A stretch of 64,000 nucleotides of DNA from an uncultured Methylomarinum sp. (GCA_964397365.1 CAYNIU010000001.1:16320-80319), one strand, 5' to 3'. Shown: positions 53,539 to 63,044, counted from the first letter of the stretch. Program-made: numbers and translations. The notes: generated by a model not told the origin, from the sequence alone.

Positions 53539-54078
53539 ATGAGTCAATACAAAATTATTTTTGCAGGACCTGTCGGCGCGGGTAAAACCACAGCAATCCA
53601 ATCCATTAGTGATGTTCTGCCAGTAAAAACAGATGCTGCGGCAAGTGATATGACTAAAAGCCGGAAATCAACCACCACAGTCGCTATGGATTATGGGGTA
53701 ATGAATCTGGATGATGGTGAGAAAATTCATCTATATGGTACGCCAGGTCAAGAGCGTTTTGATTTTATGTGGGATATTTTAACCACTGGCGGGATTGGTC
53801 TGATTCTATTACTGGATAATACGCGTACTGACCCGTTTCAGGACATGAAATTTTTTCTCGATTCATTCAGTCAATTTATCAATAAAACCAGTGTGGCCAT
53901 TGGAATAACGCAGATGGATTTGAGCAATAAACCCAGCATTGAAGATTACCATGAAAAATTACAAGGGTTGGATTTGAAACCTCCGATTTTTTCCGTTGAT
54001 GCCCGGCAAAGAAATGATGTATCGGTACTGGTGCAGGCCTTGCTGTATTCAATAGACCCAGGAATAGAAGGGGAATGA
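53539..54078 (+). CDS. Small GTPase, MglA/CvnD-like
   Basis: G1 GPVGAGKTT, G2 TTTVAMDYG, G3 YGTPGQERF, G4 variant TQMD, G5 DAR. Confidence 0.9.
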   Translation: MSQYKIIFAGPVGAGKTTAIQSISDVLPVKTDAAASDMTKSRKSTTTVAMDYGVMNLDDGEKIHLYGTPGQERFDFMWDILTTGGIGLILLLDNTRTDPFQDMKFFLDSFSQFINKTSVAIGITQMDLSNKPSIEDYHEKLQGLDLKPPIFSVDARQRNDVSVLVQALLYSIDPGIEGE

Positions 54079-54079
54079 G

Positions 54080-54730
54080 GTGAGTAGCTTGAAACTGACT
54101 GAAGGAGTGTTTTTATATCCTACTGCTTCCGGCGCGTATTATGCGATTTCTGCAAGCGAAGACGACAGAACCAGAAGGTTTTTACAAAAGTTATTGCAGC
54201 AACCTATGACCCCTGAATTGTCCATTCAGCAATTGAAGAGGTTGACCGAAATGGATGATGAAGAAAAGGTCTTGGAATTGCTGAATCACTGCCAAAAACT
54301 GGGATGGCTTCAAGGGGTGAAAGAGGCAATCAATGCACCGCAAGGTACATTGGAAGAAATACTACCGGACTTATTGCAACAGATTTCTGAAAGTGGAAAA
54401 GTTTTGTTAGCTGATGATCAGGGTTTTTATCTGGCCTGTACTGGATTTGCTCATGAGACTGCAGAAGAATTGTCGGCATTAACTGCTGAAATTGCAACAG
54501 TACATAAGCGGCGGTCAGGTCTGTTAATGAATAATTTAGGTTTGGCTACTCATGCTTGGGCGATTGTTGATGCTTTTGGGAATAGTCAGATTGGATTTTG
54601 GCCGGTTTTTATTGGCAAAAATCGGTTTGTCATTGCTATTTCAGGGATTCCTCATTTTAATCAAGCAGGCTTTGTGGAGTTGATATGGGCATTAAGTATT
54701 CGTTATTCTAAATCAGCCTCTAAAAATTGA
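54080..54730 (+). CDS. HTH-like + roadblock-like domain protein
   Basis: C-terminal VLLADDQGFYLA..EELSALTA resembles the roadblock/LC7 motif. N-terminal helical HTH-like segment. Confidence 0.6.
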   Translation: MSSLKLTEGVFLYPTASGAYYAISASEDDRTRRFLQKLLQQPMTPELSIQQLKRLTEMDDEEKVLELLNHCQKLGWLQGVKEAINAPQGTLEEILPDLLQQISESGKVLLADDQGFYLACTGFAHETAEELSALTAEIATVHKRRSGLLMNNLGLATHAWAIVDAFGNSQIGFWPVFIGKNRFVIAISGIPHFNQAGFVELIWALSIRYSKSASKN

Positions 54731-54785
54731 TTCTGAGTGCTGTAGATATTTTAAAAATATAGAGTAATTTAAGAGGATAAAAAAT

Positions 54786-55148
54786 ATGAGAGCAGATATG
54801 TTGACATCTGTTTTAAGTGAGTTGAATGGGACTTCAGCTGATATTGAAGCTTCAGGCGTTATTTCTACAGATGGACTCATGATGGCATCGGTTTTGCCCG
54901 CAGGCCTGGATGAAGACAGGGTTGGCGCCATGAGCGCGGCCATGTTGTCACTAGGAGACAGAACCGCCCAGGAATTAAATCGCGGTGGACTGGAGCAGGT
55001 GTTGATTAAAGGTGACAATGGTTATGTTTTGATGACCTATGCAGGTGAAGAAGCGGTTTTGACGGTGATGGCAAAATCCAATGCCAAACTGGGGCTTATT
55101 TTTTTGGATGTGAAACGAGCCGCTGAAAGTATTGCCGAGTTGCTTTAG
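54786..55148 (+). CDS. Roadblock/LC7 (MglB-like) protein
   Basis: VISTDGLMMAS..DRVGAMSAAMLSLG..LEQVLIKGDNG..KLGLIFL. Confidence 0.92.
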   Translation: MRADMLTSVLSELNGTSADIEASGVISTDGLMMASVLPAGLDEDRVGAMSAAMLSLGDRTAQELNRGGLEQVLIKGDNGYVLMTYAGEEAVLTVMAKSNAKLGLIFLDVKRAAESIAELL

Positions 55149-55178
55149 TCAATAAATATTTCCTGAAGAGAATACATC

Positions 55179-55655
55179 ATGATATACGATATGAAACCCG
55201 AAGACATTGTTGGGGAATATAAGGAGGTGGCTTTAAATCTTTATCATTCAATTACGCGGAAAATATTATATACAGAAATTGAGACTCCTTATCCAGATGG
55301 TAAGCTGATAGTCTCTACGACTACGCCAGAAGGTATTATTACTCATGTTAACCAATCGTTTATTGACATGTCCGGTTATTCGGAAGAAGAATTAGTTGGT
55401 GCGCCACATTCAATTTTAAGACATCCTGATATGCCCCCGGCTGCTTTTAAAGATCTTTGGGATACAGTCGCTAGAGGGGAAAAGTGGCAAGGGTTTGTTA
55501 AAAACCTGCGCAAGGATGGCGGCTATTACTGGGTAAAAGCTACGGTTATTCCCAATGTCAGAAATGGCAAGCTTATGGGCTACACTTCGGTACGCAGAAA
55601 ACCGTCCCGCACCAGAGTGGAAGAATGTATAAAGCTTTATCCAACGCTTTTTTAA
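55179..55655 (+). CDS. Stand-alone Aer-type PAS domain protein
   Basis: HSILRHPDMPPAAFKDLWDT..WQGFVKNLRKDGGYYWV..YTSVR. No output domain. Confidence 0.88.
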   Translation: MIYDMKPEDIVGEYKEVALNLYHSITRKILYTEIETPYPDGKLIVSTTTPEGIITHVNQSFIDMSGYSEEELVGAPHSILRHPDMPPAAFKDLWDTVARGEKWQGFVKNLRKDGGYYWVKATVIPNVRNGKLMGYTSVRRKPSRTRVEECIKLYPTLF

Positions 55656-55665
55656 CTGGGAGATT

Positions 55666-56415
55666 ATGATGTCTTATACGTTTACTGTCAGCCCTGACTT
55701 TACTCCCGATCATCTGTCTGGGTGGTATATTTTTAACACTTGGTTGCAAAAACAAACCGGAGAAGGAATTCACCTGGAAATGTATAATAATTTTTACAGC
55801 CAGAGAGAGGCAATAAAGGATGATTTGGTGGATTTGATTTATGCCAATCCGTTTGATGCGGCCATGTTGGTGAGGGAAAAAGGTTTCAAGCCTTTAGTCA
55901 AAGCTTCGGGGGAATCAGATGAAGCTATTATAGCTGTCAACGCTACCAATAAAGTAGAGGATGTTACGCATTTATCGCCCGGTATTAAAGTGGCCTATAC
56001 GGAAGACCCCGATGTTCAAATGATGGGAATGATTATGCTGGAACCCGGAGATCTGGATACCGACAATACAACTCCGGTTTTATCGGATAGCTATGTAGTG
56101 GTGGCTAAACATTTGTTGAAAGGAGAGGCCGATGTGGGGATTTTTTTAGCGGAAGCTTATGATGATTTGTCATCGGTGATTCGCAAACAGCTTAAAGTGC
56201 TGGTCAGAAGCCAAATCAGCGTAATTCACCATTCATTGTTGGTTGGACCTGGGCTGTTGCATAAGCGTTCTGAAATTCAGAAGTTATTGGTGAATATGAG
56301 TCATGATGAAAAAGGACAAGGTGTTTTGAAAAACTTGGGCTTTACAGCGTGGGAAAAAGTGGATGATGAAGACATGGAATTTATGATTGATCTGATGGAT
56401 ACCTTGGTGACCTGA
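55666..56415 (+). CDS. PhnD/SsuA-like ligand-binding-fold protein without a signal peptide
   Basis: DLIYANPFDA, GEADVGIF, KGQGVLKNLGF. No N-terminal hydrophobic leader and no permease or ATPase genes nearby. Confidence 0.72.
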   Translation: MMSYTFTVSPDFTPDHLSGWYIFNTWLQKQTGEGIHLEMYNNFYSQREAIKDDLVDLIYANPFDAAMLVREKGFKPLVKASGESDEAIIAVNATNKVEDVTHLSPGIKVAYTEDPDVQMMGMIMLEPGDLDTDNTTPVLSDSYVVVAKHLLKGEADVGIFLAEAYDDLSSVIRKQLKVLVRSQISVIHHSLLVGPGLLHKRSEIQKLLVNMSHDEKGQGVLKNLGFTAWEKVDDEDMEFMIDLMDTLVT

Positions 56416-57305
56416 TGGTTATGCAGAAGCTGGTGGTGGCTGTTTCATCCCGGGCATTATTTAATCTGGATGAATCGCATAGCGTTTTTGAGCAGGAAGG
56501 CAAGGACGCTTTTTGTCGCTATCAAATAAAACATGAAGATGAGATTCTGGAACCTGGGTTCGGTTTTTCTTTGGTTCAAAAGTTTCTCAGTATCAATCAA
56601 TCATTTCCTGAGTCACCCCTGGTTGAGATCGTGCTTCTTTCACAGAACAGCGCGGATACCGGCTTACGAATTTTCAATTCAATCAGTCATTATCAGTTAA
56701 ATATAAACAGGGCGGCGTTTACCAGCGGGGTCTCACCTTATGGTTATATTCCGGCATTCGGGGTACATTTATTTCTGTCGGCAAATAATGAGGATGTAGA
56801 AAAGGCGTTAGCCGCTGGATATGCTGCGGCAACTATCGTGTGTGGTTCAAGCGGAAATCAGTCCGAGCAGTTACGTATTGCTTTTGATGGTGATGCGGTA
56901 TTGTTTTCAGACGAATCGGAGCAGATTTATCAGCGACAGGGTCTGGATGCGTTTACTGAAAATGAACGCAATGAGGCTCACAAGCCTCTGGCTGGTGGGC
57001 CATTTAAAGAGTTTTTGGCCGCTTTGCATCGTATTCAGACACATTTTCAGCAGAGTGAATCTCCTATCAGGACGGCATTGGTCACCGCTCGCGCGGCGCC
57101 GGCTCATGAGCGTGTTGTGCGTACTTTGAGAGATTGGGATATTCGTATTGATGAAGCGTTTTTTTTAGGCGGTATGCAGAAAGGGCCTTTTTTAAAGGCT
57201 TTTGGCGCCGATATATTCTTTGATGATCAAAAGGGACATTGCCAGTCTGCTGAGCATCATCAAATTGCAGCCGCCCATGTCCCTCATGGGGTTATCCAAA
57301 GCTGA
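56415..57305 (+). CDS. 5'-nucleotidase (cN-I/NT5C1-like HAD family)
   Basis: VAVSSRALF, LRIAFDGDAVLFSDESE, TALVTARAAPAHER, DIFFDDQ. TGATG overlap with the upstream gene. Confidence 0.9.
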   Translation: MVMQKLVVAVSSRALFNLDESHSVFEQEGKDAFCRYQIKHEDEILEPGFGFSLVQKFLSINQSFPESPLVEIVLLSQNSADTGLRIFNSISHYQLNINRAAFTSGVSPYGYIPAFGVHLFLSANNEDVEKALAAGYAAATIVCGSSGNQSEQLRIAFDGDAVLFSDESEQIYQRQGLDAFTENERNEAHKPLAGGPFKEFLAALHRIQTHFQQSESPIRTALVTARAAPAHERVVRTLRDWDIRIDEAFFLGGMQKGPFLKAFGADIFFDDQKGHCQSAEHHQIAAAHVPHGVIQS

Positions 57306-58812
57306 TCTGATAACGAACAAAGAACGGGCTGTATTCCTCAAGTGAATCGAGTTTGGCTGTTTTATTATTGAATGCTATCTCGGAACCGTTGTGATATCTT
57401 GCCGTTGCCAGCAAAACCTCAGGGTGCTCAGTTGTTTCATTGATAACAATAACTGTTTTGCTGTTTTTTTTGTCAGTGTCAATATTATAAACTGCCAGCT
57501 GACCATGAAATTTTTCAATTAAAAATTGAACTGTATTTAAAGACACTACCACTTTCTGTTGTCTGATTATTCCGGAGATTACCGCATTGCTTTTATTAAT
57601 CAGAATGATGGGTTCACCATTGAAATGATGGGATGTTTTGCATTCGACTATTAGAAAATTGTCATTTGAGGTTTTAAGGCATTTGACAGGTTCGCCCATT
57701 TTAATCATTGCCGGTGATGTTTTTTTCTTCAGAGCATTCGCCGAATCGTTGAAAAAGTTTTTTTCATAATCCAGCGGTTCCAGCGACATGGCATATCCAT
57801 GTTTATTATCTGCTATTTCAGCGCTGAGTTTATGAATCTTTATGATTTTTTCGCGTTCATGCAGAAACTCACAAATAGCCTGAAATCCAGACAACATATT
57901 AAATATCACCGGCGCAGAAGGGATGCTGTCGATAATCTGTTTTTTGTATCCAGAGAGTAGTCGAAATAATCTACTTAATTCGCTGTCGCTAATGTTGCTT
58001 GAAAACGAACTGGATTGAATAAGACTTTCAAGCGCTGAGGTGTCCATTGTCATATCCGTTTCATCAAAAAACTGATTGATCTGTGTGGTCTGATACGGTA
58101 TTCCTCCTTTGAAATTCCAGCAAAACAGAGCAGTTTTTTGCTGACCGGTTTTTAATTTCAGTAAATGAAAATATTGATTGGCAAATGAATAAATCGCCAG
58201 ACTGTCGTCGGCAGATAGCTTATGGGGAGAGGAAATTGTAAACAACAAATTCCGTTTTAAAACGGCATTTATTGATGATAATGGTTTAAAGTCAGCAATT
58301 TTAACGCTAATATTTTGTTGCAGACACTTGTTGGCAACCGCGAAAGAGAACAGTTCGCCACTTATATTCCATAAGGTCTCGGAAGGCATTTCATTAAATA
58401 CACTGCTGATACGCAAATACTGGCCAATCAGTTGTAATGCATAATAAACCGCCTGTTGTTTCCGCTCTATTTCCAATGTCTTGGCATGGATCAGTGAATG
58501 AAAAGCCAGACTCAGGTTTCTGCATAACTGCATACTGAGTTTTGCTATTTTTATAGAGATGTGTTTATTTTTTTTATTTGGAGTATTGTTTAGCGTAGAG
58601 GACAAGGTGTTTGATAAATGGAGGGTTGTCGGAGTGAGTTTGATCAAAACAGGAAAAACCAGTTGATGATCGTATTCAATCTTTCTTAACTGATTGATTG
58701 CTTTGTTCAACTGACTGCCTGCGTTGACAGTACTGAGCGAACTGATGGATTCCAGCCATGTGGCGGCTGAATCATCGCTGAGTTCAAAAGGTAATGGGGT
58801 GCTATTTGACAT
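57292..58812 (-). CDS. Hypothetical protein, possibly a divergent FimW-like protein
   Basis: 506-aa ORF. WLESISSLSTVNAGSQL, SETLWNISGELFSFA and LLFTISSPHKLS follow the pattern recalled for that family. Not confirmed by search. Confidence 0.45.
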   Translation of the reverse strand: MSNSTPLPFELSDDSAATWLESISSLSTVNAGSQLNKAINQLRKIEYDHQLVFPVLIKLTPTTLHLSNTLSSTLNNTPNKKNKHISIKIAKLSMQLCRNLSLAFHSLIHAKTLEIERKQQAVYYALQLIGQYLRISSVFNEMPSETLWNISGELFSFAVANKCLQQNISVKIADFKPLSSINAVLKRNLLFTISSPHKLSADDSLAIYSFANQYFHLLKLKTGQQKTALFCWNFKGGIPYQTTQINQFFDETDMTMDTSALESLIQSSSFSSNISDSELSRLFRLLSGYKKQIIDSIPSAPVIFNMLSGFQAICEFLHEREKIIKIHKLSAEIADNKHGYAMSLEPLDYEKNFFNDSANALKKKTSPAMIKMGEPVKCLKTSNDNFLIVECKTSHHFNGEPIILINKSNAVISGIIRQQKVVVSLNTVQFLIEKFHGQLAVYNIDTDKKNSKTVIVINETTEHPEVLLATARYHNGSEIAFNNKTAKLDSLEEYSPFFVRYQISFG

Positions 58813-58855
58813 GGCGATATAACAGTATTTCAGAAAATATTATTTTGAATTTCAG

Positions 58856-59143
58856 GTAACTATTCAGCATATTTATGTCATCAGTGACAAATAAGTTCAT
58901 GTCGGATGGCATGAGCTTAAACAAGAATTTCGCTTGTGCATGGTGGACAGTGTCTATCTCTATTACCATTAAGTTAGGTCACTTTGTTAATTGTAGTGCT
59001 GGCTGTGAGTGCGGATTTTTATCCGCGCAGCGCGAATGCATTCGCACCTACACGCAGACCTCGAAATTTCTTAACTTAAATAGCAGTGATGCCGTATTAC
59101 ATTTCTTACGCGAATTCAGGACGTTAATATGCTGGATAGTTAC
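58856..59143. mobile_element. MITE family A, copy 4, with a nested element and REP doublet
   Basis: 18-bp TIR GTAACTATTCAGCATATT / AATATGCTGGATAGTTAC (1 mismatch). Flanks AATTTCAG / AATCTTAG. Inner IR TTAAGTTA / TAACTTAA (58961-59088). REP pair at 59004-59052. Confidence 0.8.
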
Positions 59144-59354
59144 AATCTTAGTTAAATTGTGATTATTTTCTGAGAAAAACCCTGCATTTTTATTACTGTC
59201 AAAATGTTTTTTCAGGGAAAATCCAGAACTCTTTACCAGATGTCATAAGTTGTATTAGTTTGGACTTGGTCTGAACAGAAGAAGAGAAATAAAAGATTTA
59301 TCGCCATTGAAAACTAATAACATCAGCCCTCGTACTGAATAAAATAGGATAGAA

Positions 59355-59768
59355 ATGTCTGTTTCAAAGCAGCAAATTATTGTGATAACGGTGACATTAG
59401 CTGTTGCATTAATTGTTATTACGCCTTTATGTGGATGGATATTTTATTGTGGCTGTACCTGGCCCGGCTTGGGTTTGGATTCGGGCTGTAATTTCTATAG
59501 TAATATGGTTTTGCATAAATGTCCTTGGTGTGTTTCTTTAAAATCTGGCGTATTTGCTGTTTTACTGTCCGTGTTTGCCGGATTAACCGCGGCTTTTAAA
59601 TGGGGGGGAGGAAAAGCAGGTATCGGAGAAATTTGCAGAGGCATTGTTGTCGGTCTGACTGTGTTTTTTTGTACAGCAGTTATTTGGGGTTGGGTTACGG
59701 CTTTATTGCAAGGATATTCTTTGTATTGGACAGTGTTTTTAGACGCTACGATCAATTATGTATTTTAA
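59355..59768 (+). CDS. Cys-rich small membrane protein of unknown function
   Basis: Three TM-like segments and the motif CGWIFYCGCTWP..SGCN..KCPWC. AGGA RBS. Confidence 0.65.
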   Translation: MSVSKQQIIVITVTLAVALIVITPLCGWIFYCGCTWPGLGLDSGCNFYSNMVLHKCPWCVSLKSGVFAVLLSVFAGLTAAFKWGGGKAGIGEICRGIVVGLTVFFCTAVIWGWVTALLQGYSLYWTVFLDATINYVF

Positions 59769-62181
59769 TGAATTTTTCAAATTCATTTAAAGGTAAGGGC
59801 TTACTGAAATAATATCCCTGGGCATAGCGACATTGTGGATTTAACAGAGCCAATTGTTGTTGGTTCTCAACGCCGGTTGCAATGACTTTGATACCCAGTT
59901 TGTTGGCCAGGGTGATAATGGTTTCCACTAATATGGCATTGGTAGGATCGTCAATCATACTGTGAATATAAGAACGGTCAATTTTTATCACATCTACCGG
60001 AAATTTTTTCAAGTAACTCAAAGAAGAGTAACCGGTACCAAAACCATCCAGGGAAATGTGAATGCCTTCCCGTTTTAATTTTTCGATGCTATTCAGGTAG
60101 TTGTATTTTTCGTCAATAAATATTTTTTCGGAAATTTCGAAAGTAATGCAGTCCGGCGGTATTTGCTTGTTTTTTAAAATACTCAGCCATTTGATATGAC
60201 ATTCGGATAAATTGTATTGGGCAACGGATTGATTCAATGATATTTGCATGAGGGGTAACTCTAAGGTTGACCAGCGCTGAAGATTGCTGGCAACTTCTTC
60301 TATAACCCAATTACCGATTTCCCGAATCAGGCCGCTGTCTTCTGCAACAGGAATAAAATCATTTAACGGAACATAGCCAGATTGTGGCTGATTCCAGCGC
60401 AGTAGGGTTTCGGCGCAGGCCACCTTGTGCGTGATGACATCCATTATGGGCTGATAATGCAGAGTGAATTCCCGGTTAGTCATTGCTAAGCGCATATCGT
60501 CAATCAGTTGCAGGCGTTTTTCTGTTTCTTGCTGTAATGCCCGGGTATAAAAGTAGTAGCTGTTATGGCCGTTATTTTTGGCCATATACATAGCGCTGTC
60601 AGCATTTTCCTGTAAGCGTTCACTATTATCACCATCATCCGGGAAGATAGTGATACCGATACTTCCGGAAATGAAAATTTCTTGTTGATCAATGAATACA
60701 GGTTGTTTAAAGGTATCGAATATCTTGCGGACAATTAATTCCGCGTCAGTTGCCTTATCCAGTTCAGGTACAATAATGGAAAATTCATCGCCGCCTAATC
60801 TGGCAACAGTATCCGAATTTCTGACTGCTGTTTGCAGCTTTTTAGCCGTTTCCTGAAGAAGAATATCGCCGGCATGATGACCGAGGCTATCGTTTACCCA
60901 TTTGAATTTATCCAGATCCAACAGCATTAAGGCGAGTTTACTGTTATTTCGTTTTGTCAGTTTGACCGCATTATTCAACCTGTCCAGAAATAAGCTGCGA
61001 TTCGGTAGCTGAGTTAATGGATCATAATTAGCCTGAAATTGAATGGATTCTTCATGCGCTTTTTGTTGGCTGATATCCCTTAATACTGAAATTGATTGGG
61101 AAATACGGCCAGTGGCGTCTTTCAGGATAGAAATTGATTGCCAGACCGGAATATAATGGCCATCGCGATGGCGAATCAAAACTTCACCTTGCCAGAAATT
61201 TTTGTTTTTCAGGTGCTCGGCTACGTGTTTAAAAAATGCCTTATCAAATTTTTCAGTATTGAGAACAACTGATTTCTGTTTAAGGATTTCCTGTTCTGAA
61301 TAGCCACTGATTACGGTGAAAGCATTATTAACCGAAATAATCCGTTTTTTAGCGTCAGTGATAAAAACAGCATCTGCTGTGTTGTCCAGAAAAGACAGTT
61401 TCAGTCGTAAGTTTTGGTCGCTGAGTGAGTGTGAGGACAGTATTTGTAAATTACCATGTAATCGCTTGACTATTCCATTGTTATCAACATCAGCATTAAT
61501 CCGGGTGTGATAAGTGGTTATCTGGATATTATCTGATAAATAACGGAAACAGTATTCAACCGGTTCGTGGGAAAATAAACAAATATTATTTTGTGTTTTA
61601 AATCGGGCTAAATCTTCCAGATGAATTTTTGCTGTGAATTCATCATAGGTTAATGTAGATTGAACTGAATTTTGTGGTGGTGACCAATATACAAGATTCT
61701 GCGATGGAAAATATTCCCAGTGTGACGTTTTTGGAAGATGGCTTGTTTTTGAAGGAAGGTGAGTGATGCTTTTTGGCTTTTTTAAGGGTATTTTTCGGGG
61801 CTGATGTTTTTCAAAAATCTGGAAAACGCTCAGGGTGAGGTGGTCAAAATATTTCTGGATTAAGCTTTTTTTTATAACATTGTCAATACATCCCAAATGC
61901 ATTGCTTTAGTTATCTGTTTGCAGTCCTTTTCGGCGCTGACAATAATAACAGGCGGCATGGTTCGCTGTGTTTTTAAACGTTCCAGCAAAGCAAAGGCAT
62001 TGGGTGTGGGCGTCAAAAAGTCAACAATTAACAAATCATATGGGTGACGATGTATTATAGTAGTGAACTCTTGTTCATTATCTGTTGTGGTGACTTGGTA
62101 ACCTTTCCACTCAAGGCGCATTTTGACTTGAGAGCTTAAAAAGCTATTACTGTCCAGATAGAGTATACGAAAATTACCCAT
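59752..62181 (-). CDS. REC-PAS-GGDEF-EAL protein with a degenerate EAL domain
   Basis: RNSDTVARLGGDEF intact. EAL motifs altered to ETLLRW, LDGFGTGYSSL and IATGVE. Confidence 0.9.
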   Translation of the reverse strand: MGNFRILYLDSNSFLSSQVKMRLEWKGYQVTTTDNEQEFTTIIHRHPYDLLIVDFLTPTPNAFALLERLKTQRTMPPVIIVSAEKDCKQITKAMHLGCIDNVIKKSLIQKYFDHLTLSVFQIFEKHQPRKIPLKKPKSITHLPSKTSHLPKTSHWEYFPSQNLVYWSPPQNSVQSTLTYDEFTAKIHLEDLARFKTQNNICLFSHEPVEYCFRYLSDNIQITTYHTRINADVDNNGIVKRLHGNLQILSSHSLSDQNLRLKLSFLDNTADAVFITDAKKRIISVNNAFTVISGYSEQEILKQKSVVLNTEKFDKAFFKHVAEHLKNKNFWQGEVLIRHRDGHYIPVWQSISILKDATGRISQSISVLRDISQQKAHEESIQFQANYDPLTQLPNRSLFLDRLNNAVKLTKRNNSKLALMLLDLDKFKWVNDSLGHHAGDILLQETAKKLQTAVRNSDTVARLGGDEFSIIVPELDKATDAELIVRKIFDTFKQPVFIDQQEIFISGSIGITIFPDDGDNSERLQENADSAMYMAKNNGHNSYYFYTRALQQETEKRLQLIDDMRLAMTNREFTLHYQPIMDVITHKVACAETLLRWNQPQSGYVPLNDFIPVAEDSGLIREIGNWVIEEVASNLQRWSTLELPLMQISLNQSVAQYNLSECHIKWLSILKNKQIPPDCITFEISEKIFIDEKYNYLNSIEKLKREGIHISLDGFGTGYSSLSYLKKFPVDVIKIDRSYIHSMIDDPTNAILVETIITLANKLGIKVIATGVENQQQLALLNPQCRYAQGYYFSKPLPLNEFEKFIKIHN

Positions 62182-62467
62182 AAAGTTAATAGAGAAAAGA
62201 TAGAAAGTTTATTGCATGGGTATAGCTGTCAGGCATACACATGTAATAGTTGGTTTATAGGGCGCCGCGCTTATACTATTTCAGAAAAATTGAAACACAC
62301 AATATGTAGAACTACCTATGTATCAGCGATAGACCGCGTATTGTATATCATAACATTGGTATAGCTATATCTATTTAATAGTGAGCAGGTATTAGCCAAC
62401 ACCTTGAATTTTCAGATCATGCCGGTTTTTTCGGGGGGATATGGTTTTGTTGTGAAACTTTAAATTA

Positions 62468-62980
62468 TTGGATAATTTGAGTATGTATTTTTTTATCATT
62501 TTGAGTTTGCTGATCAGTTATCTGGTTCATATTGAGCATAGGTGGTTAATATTTTTACTTTCGCCAATATCGCTGTACATAGGATTATTCGGGGTGGTTA
62601 TGGCTTCAATACTGGCTTTACTCAAAAAACTTCCCTATAGCATTTGGTATGATTGGTTTGCAAGCAGCACCTTGTTGATATGGTATTACCACTGGTATCC
62701 TGACTTTCGCGATGGCTCTCCGATTTTTTATTTCTTCCCATTGTATTTTGCTTTGATTAGCGCGTTATTTTCCATCTTGTTTATCAAGCAACGGGAACAA
62801 ATAGAAAAAGAAACGCTTGACTTTTTACAATGGCTGTCTGATTCCGGTCGTTTTAATCCGGCTGTTATTGTGGTGTTGGTGGGGCTGGGGTTGTTATTGA
62901 CGCAACATTTCCTGCTCTATCCAGTAGCTATCACACTGTTGGTTGTGCGCTACGCTTTAGCTGCCACTTTGGAGAAATGA
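62468..62980 (+). CDS. Hypothetical integral membrane protein
   Basis: 170-aa ORF with about five hydrophobic segments. Start uncertain. Confidence 0.65.
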   Translation: MDNLSMYFFIILSLLISYLVHIEHRWLIFLLSPISLYIGLFGVVMASILALLKKLPYSIWYDWFASSTLLIWYYHWYPDFRDGSPIFYFFPLYFALISALFSILFIKQREQIEKETLDFLQWLSDSGRFNPAVIVVLVGLGLLLTQHFLLYPVAITLLVVRYALAATLEK

Positions 62981-63044
62981 GCGGAAATACACTAAATCTA
63001 CTGTTGACTTTTTGTAAGTGTAGAAGAATAAATAGAAAATAAAG

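Noticed and set aside
58875-59162. 95-aa ORF
   Set aside because: It lies almost entirely within the nested MITE and is likely a chance ORF.
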